A program made the position numbers and the translations under genes. A stretch of DNA of 64,000 nt, from NCBI GenBank assembly GCA_963833675.1, contig CAWHYW010000006.1, positions 21,364-85,363 on the forward strand. Direction: 5' to 3'. Source of the stretch: Bryobacteraceae bacterium. GTDB lineage: Bacteria > Acidobacteriota > Terriglobia > Bryobacterales > Bryobacteraceae. The notes under the pieces were generated by a model. That model had not been told where the DNA came from and made no database searches. It was given only the letters and a program-made list of their open reading frames with translations. Shown here piece after piece: positions 59,153 to 64,000 of the stretch (within the stretch, counting starts at the first letter, position 1; each line of letters starts with the position of its first letter).

Positions 59153-60928
59153 ATGATACCCGACACCACAGAAACCGCAACGCTTGTCACGTCTAGAATG
59201 GTACTGGTGTCCGTTCTACGTGCGCTTTACTATTGTAGTACTGTAGCTTGCGTCCTGGGGTGGGCGGCTCCCCCGCCGACGTCACCCCGTGAATTCTTCC
59301 CGATAAATGAAATCCGGCCCGGACTCAAAGGCATAGGAAAAACTGTATTCGAGGGCACTACAGTCGAAGAATTTCAGGTCGAGATTCTCGGCGTGCTGGA
59401 GAATGCCGGTCCAAAACAGTCGATTATCCTCGCCCGGCTGAGTGGTGGACCGCTTGATCGAACAGGTGTAATGCAAGGTATGAGTGGTAGTCCCGTTTAC
59501 ATAAACGGCAGACTAGCCGGAGCCGTCGCGATGGCATTTCCGTTCTCAAAGGAACCGATCGCCGGAATTCGTCCGATCGCGGAAATGCTCGCTGGCGGGG
59601 ATACGGGACATCCGCGGGCCGTGCAGGCAAGAGCGAAGCTATTCGATTCGGAACTCACCGACTTGGCAACGCCATTGTCTTTCAACGGTTTTACCCGGTC
59701 CACTTTGGATGCGTTTGCACCTCAGCTGCGCGCGTTGGGACTTGAACCGCGACAGGGATTGTCCGCCGGCCGTCAACCTTCTGACCATCGAACTACCGCT
59801 CCGCTGGAGCCGGGATCGATGATCAGTGTGCAACTGATCACGGGCGATATGAGCGTGGGCGCGGACGGCACAGTGACGCACGTCGACGGAAATCGAGTGT
59901 ATGCGTTCGGACATAGATTCCTCTCCGTGGGGCCGACGGACGTACCCTTTACGCGAGCTTCCGTGATCGCGTTGCTGCCCAACCTTTCAACCTCGTTCAA
60001 GATTTCAGCAAGCGGCGACTGGCTTGGCGCGATCACGTCTGACAGAAATGCCGCAGTAGCAGGTGAGATAGGCCGCAGGCCGCAGATGACACCTGTAAGC
60101 ATCACGGTTTCCAGTTCCGCAACGCCGGTTCGTTACAGCATGGAAATGGCGCAGGATCGACTTCTCTCCCCCATGCTGCTGCAGATGATGATCTATTCGG
60201 CGCTGGATGCTACGGAGCGCACTCTCGGATCGGGAGCGGTCCGCATTCATGGTCAGATCGAATTTGCCGGAATCGCAGAGCCTCTGCGGTTCGATAATCT
60301 GCACTCGGGCGATGTTAACGTTCCCCTGCAAACTGCGCTGGCCACCGCGATGCCGCTCGGCTATGCGCTCCAGAATGCGGTGGAAGAGATTCGTATTCGG
60401 AAGGTAGACATCGCACTCGATTCCTTTACCGCCAAGAAGCAGGCCAGCATTGAGAATGCCTGGCTCTCGCGACGAGAGGCGCGGCCCGGTGACAGCGTGG
60501 ATGTCATGGTGGAGGTTGCCGGCGCCGGCGGCGCGCGCACCAAGCACAAGCTCCGATACGACATCCCGGTCGGATCGCCGCTAGGAACACTGTATTTCAC
60601 CGTCGGAGATGGCCCGACGGTGAATGCGGCGGAGCAACGATACTTCGCGCTGGGACAGCCTCGTCCCGCAGCGGAACTGATCTCGTTCTTGAATTCGCTC
60701 CGTCCAAATACGAAGGGTTACGTACGCGTCTGGCGTACCGATACGGCTTATCAGATTGATGGCAGGGACCTGCCCGATCCTCCCCCGTCGCTCGCAATGA
60801 TCCTGAGCCGCACGCAGGCGGGCACTTCGGTATCTCCGCGGACGTCAACTATAGCCGAGATGATTTTCGCGGCAGGGGATCTTTCGGTCACAGGTTCGAA
60901 GACGCTACAGCTGGAAGTGAAGGAATGA
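59153..60928 (+). CDS. SpoIVB-like peptidase S55 domain protein (secreted)
   Basis: GIGKTVFEGTTVEEFQVEILGVL...GVMQGMSGSPVYINGRLAGAVA. The start is ambiguous (59153 or 59198); the track start at 59066 would overlap the exosortase gene. ATGA overlap with the next gene. Confidence 0.75.
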   Translation: MIPDTTETATLVTSRMVLVSVLRALYYCSTVACVLGWAAPPPTSPREFFPINEIRPGLKGIGKTVFEGTTVEEFQVEILGVLENAGPKQSIILARLSGGPLDRTGVMQGMSGSPVYINGRLAGAVAMAFPFSKEPIAGIRPIAEMLAGGDTGHPRAVQARAKLFDSELTDLATPLSFNGFTRSTLDAFAPQLRALGLEPRQGLSAGRQPSDHRTTAPLEPGSMISVQLITGDMSVGADGTVTHVDGNRVYAFGHRFLSVGPTDVPFTRASVIALLPNLSTSFKISASGDWLGAITSDRNAAVAGEIGRRPQMTPVSITVSSSATPVRYSMEMAQDRLLSPMLLQMMIYSALDATERTLGSGAVRIHGQIEFAGIAEPLRFDNLHSGDVNVPLQTALATAMPLGYALQNAVEEIRIRKVDIALDSFTAKKQASIENAWLSRREARPGDSVDVMVEVAGAGGARTKHKLRYDIPVGSPLGTLYFTVGDGPTVNAAEQRYFALGQPRPAAELISFLNSLRPNTKGYVRVWRTDTAYQIDGRDLPDPPPSLAMILSRTQAGTSVSPRTSTIAEMIFAAGDLSVTGSKTLQLEVKE

Positions 60929-63188
60929 CGCGTTTGTGGGCTGCTTTTGTGTTGGCGTGCGTGTCCGCATCTGGATCAAGCACGGCCGCCTGGGAGATGA
61001 ACACCTACGCCGATTTCATGCGCGGTAGGTTCTCCGGGGTGTCATTGACCCGAGATGGAAAGATCGTCCTGGCTCCGCGGCTTGACCCCGTCTTTTCGTC
61101 CGATGAACCGTCGATCTGGACAGTTGCCCAGGGGGAAAACGGTTCCCTGCTCGTCGGAACCGGCCACCGCGGTCGTCTGTACAGAGTCGAGCGCAGCGGG
61201 GCCAGTTCATTGCTTTGGACCGCGCCGGAGCCTGAGATCTTCACAATTGCTGTCGCGCCGGATGGCTCGATATACGCCGGTACTTCCCCCAATGGGAAGG
61301 TCTATCGGATCCGAAACGGGAGCGCGGAAGAGTATTTCGCTCCTGAGGCGAAGTATATCTGGTCGCTGACTGTTGCGCGGGACGGTTCGCTGTATGTCGG
61401 AGTGGGTGACAACGGACGTGTGTATCGAGTGACCTCGAAGGGCATGGGCGATGTTTGGTTTGAAACGGGCCAAAGCCATGTCACGGCCCTGACGATCGAC
61501 AAGGAAGGAAGAGTTCTCGCTGGGACGGAACCGAACGGACTGATTTATCGACTCTACGGCAAGGATAAAGCGTTCGTCCTTTACGATTCCAACCTGCCGG
61601 AGATTCGCACGCTGGTGACGGCGCCGGATGGAAGCATTTATGCGGCTGCACTCGGCGGGTCGGTTCAACAGCGGACGAATGCGGCGGGCGGCGCGTCTCA
61701 GACGGGCCCAGGGCGCGCCAGTCACCACTCCGACAACCACGATTACAGTGACGGATGAAGCAGCGGCAGCGCAGGCCCCGCCTGACCTCAAACCTAAAGG
61801 CCCGGAATCTGCGAAGCCAGCGGCGCAGCCTGCGGCGTCCCGGACAAACGGTCTATACCGCTCAGCCGACTCCTGAGGTCGCGGGACTCGTCGATAAATC
61901 GGCTTTGTTTCGTATCTACCCGGACAACACCGTAGAAACACTCTGGTCTTCGAAGGAAGAGAACATCTACGATGTGCTGCTAAACGGCCCTCAGGTGCTG
62001 TTCTCAACCGATGCCAACGGCCGTATCTATCGGATGGCGCCCGACCGGCAAGTTACCCTCATTGCGCAAACCAACGAGGGCGAGACCACGAGGCTGCTTG
62101 GAACCGGCGCTAGTGTGGTTGCTGCTACCGGCACAATGGGGAAGCTCTATCGCTTATCGGAAAGCGAGACCGCGGACGGCAGTTATGAATCCCCAGTGCA
62201 TGATGCCGGCACAGTCGCGCGCTGGGGTCAACTGAGTTGGCGGGGTGACCGTCGCGGCTCGGCGAAATTGGCCTTTCGCACGCGCACAGGGAATTCGGCA
62301 AGGCCGGACCGTACCTGGAGCGACTGGTCGGAACCCATGCGCGACCCTGTCGGATCCAGTGTCATCAGCCCGAACGCGCGCTTTATCCAGTGGCGTGCTG
62401 AGTTCTCCGGAGCGACGGCCAGTTCTCCCGTAGTCAGCGGTGTGACATTGGCATACCTGCCGCAGAATAATCCTCCGGTCGTTCATTCTTTGAACGTGAC
62501 TACGCAGCTTGCGCCGGCGTCGGCATCCGCTAAGGCTCCCACGACGCAAGCCGCTGCGGGGACATACAGCATCACCGTCACGGACACCGGCGAAGCTGGG
62601 GCATCGACCGTCTCCGGAACGGCATCGCAGGTAATGAATCGGGGTTTAAATCCGCAAATCCAGATCGTCTGGACGGCAGACGATCCGGATGGTGACCGGC
62701 TGACGTACGCTATCTATTTCCGCGGCGAAGATGAGACGCAATGGAAGCTGCTCCGCGGCGACTTCGCCGACGCAACACTGACTCTCGAGGGTGATGTTCT
62801 GGCCGACGGCCGGTACTTGTTTCGAGTGGTGGCTTCCGATAAGCCTTCGAACTCCGGGGATTCGGCGCGTCAAGCCGAGCTGATCAGCGCCCCTGTCTTG
62901 TTCGATGCGACTCCGCCGGTGGTGACGGCCGGCGCCCCACACCGGTCTGGTACCCGTGTCGAAATCCCGATTCAGGCCGTTGATGCGGCATCTCCTTTGC
63001 GCCGGGCGGAGTACTCAATGGATGCCGGTGCGTGGATGCCTTTGGATGCCGCGGACGGGGTGATCGACAGCAAACAGGAAGCATTCCGGGTGCGTCTCGA
63101 TGCGCTCTCGCCTGGCGAACACATCGTGGTTGTTCGTGCGTACGATTCTTCGAATAATGTGGGATTGGCCAAGGTAGTCCTGAGGTAA
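60925..63188 (+). pseudogene. Secreted beta-propeller + Ig/Fn3-like multi-domain protein, frame broken twice
   Basis: Signal peptide. Repeats (D/N)G(S/R)(I/L)Y(A/V)GT..NG.(V/I)YR(I/V/L). A Thr/Pro/Ala linker is out of frame at 61711-61713 and 61838-61843. The C-terminal half has more propeller-like repeats and an Fn3-like VWTADDPDGDRLTYAIYFRGE module. Confidence 0.65.
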
Positions 63189-63197
63189 TCGCCGGTC

Positions 63198-64000
63198 CTA
63201 CGGAGTACGCGAACGTGTCTCGGTTCCCGTATAAGACACTCGATAGATCACGCCATTCGTGTCATCACTGATCAGGAGCGATCCGTCTTTTGCGATCGCA
63301 ACGCCAACAGGGCGGCCGAAATAGCCCCATTTTCCGGCTTCTTGCACGAGGAAGCCTGTAAGGAATGGCTCGATTGCGGTCGGTTGACCATTCCGGAACC
63401 GGATGCGAACGATCTCGTATCCGCTTGGCGGCTTGCGGTTCCATGATCCGCGCATGGCGACGAATGCATCTCCACGGTATTCGGCGGGAAACTGCGAGCC
63501 TGTATAAAAAGCCATTTGCATGGGCGCCGCGTGAGGAGTGTACAGAAGGACCGGCTTGTTGGTCGCTTTCGCATGCTGTTCGGGATCAACTCCCGCGGGT
63601 GGATCGACACGTGGATTTACCTTCCCCTCCGCGTAGACATACGGCCAACCATAGTCCGCGTCTTTGGCGATCAGGTTCAATTCCTCTTTTTGCTCATCAT
63701 CTCCAAGCCAGTCTGTTCCATGATCCATGCCGAAGAGTTGCTTGGAATCAGGGCTCCACGCGAAACCTATAGTGTTCCTGAGACCTTTCGCGAAGATTTC
63801 CCGCCCGGACCCATCGACATTCATACGAAGGATGGTGGCGTTTTCGGGATTGGGATCGCTGCAGGCATTGCAGGTACTTCCGACGGAGGCATATAACATT
63901 CCATCCGGTCCAACCGCGACAGTTCGATTCGCGTGCTGTCCGCCATCCGGCAGATTGCCTGCAATCTGCTTCAATTCGCCGAGCGTACCATCGGGCTTGC
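63198..64000 (-). CDS. PQQ-dependent sugar (sorbosone/glucose) dehydrogenase-like beta-propeller, N-terminus beyond the window
   Basis: GPDGMLYASVGSTCNAC, GLRNTIGFAWSP, DHGTDWLGDD, DYGWPY, DGSLLISDDTNGVIYRVSY. The frame stays open to the right edge. Confidence 0.8.
   Translation of the reverse strand, partial: KPDGTLGELKQIAGNLPDGGQHANRTVAVGPDGMLYASVGSTCNACSDPNPENATILRMNVDGSGREIFAKGLRNTIGFAWSPDSKQLFGMDHGTDWLGDDEQKEELNLIAKDADYGWPYVYAEGKVNPRVDPPAGVDPEQHAKATNKPVLLYTPHAAPMQMAFYTGSQFPAEYRGDAFVAMRGSWNRKPPSGYEIVRIRFRNGQPTAIEPFLTGFLVQEAGKWGYFGRPVGVAIAKDGSLLISDDTNGVIYRVSYTGTETRSRTP

Noticed and set aside
61207-62007. 266-aa minus-strand ORF inside the propeller gene. Similar long antisense ORFs occur at 815..1348, 12770..13375, 14626..15303, 35737..36372, 37362..38072 and 38432..39115.
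   Set aside because: All are Arg/Ser/Pro-rich and lack motifs. Each lies fully inside a well-supported gene on the other strand.
1-64000. Programmed ribosomal frameshifting or recoding as the cause of the split genes
   Set aside because: The breaks occur in many unrelated genes, in both directions, at sites with no shared slippery motif or downstream structure. Most sit in short homopolymer runs. Sequence error or decay explains them better.
1-64000. Scan for tRNA, rRNA, CRISPR repeats, IS elements and integrases
   Set aside because: I found no T-loop/acceptor-like signatures, no regularly spaced direct repeats, and no transposase or recombinase motifs by eye. A computational scan could still find small RNAs that I cannot see.

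Overview
This is a moderately GC-rich bacterial chromosomal segment. It looks most like Acidobacteriota (Bryobacter/Solibacter-like), judged from family content only. Housekeeping genes (thrS, addB-addA, rsfS, hpt, rlmH, tsaD, queA, corA, pcm) are interleaved with many secreted or envelope proteins: two PSCyt/PSD (DUF1549/DUF1553) + DUF1501 modules, a CarboxypepD_reg TonB-type giant outer-membrane protein, a metzincin with Solibacter-type C-terminal domains, an S8 protease, an M28 peptidase and an exosortase/EpsI pair. I saw no rRNA, tRNA, CRISPR array, transposase or integrase. Major caveat: the sequence as given carries roughly 30 single-nucleotide frame breaks, one in-frame TAG and one gene with no canonical start. 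These hit at least 18 conserved genes, including essential thrS and tsaD, so many ORF-track entries are fragments of one gene. I rebuilt those genes by following conserved motifs across frames. Convention: type=pseudogene means the frame is broken internally in the sequence as given, with no claim of biological inactivation. Genes broken only near a terminus stay CDS with a note. I cannot demonstrate a new system from sequence alone. The best candidates are (i) the tightly coupled DUF1501 - PSCyt2/Big_2/PSD1 - WD40 - PPC operon and its sister module ending in a CopG-like DUF411, (ii) the exosortase/EpsI locus with a divergent S55 peptidase + beta-propeller pair and a pseudo-receiver regulator, and (iii) a two-gene small-protein cassette in a lower-GC spacer. 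Anything beyond motif recognition is inference.
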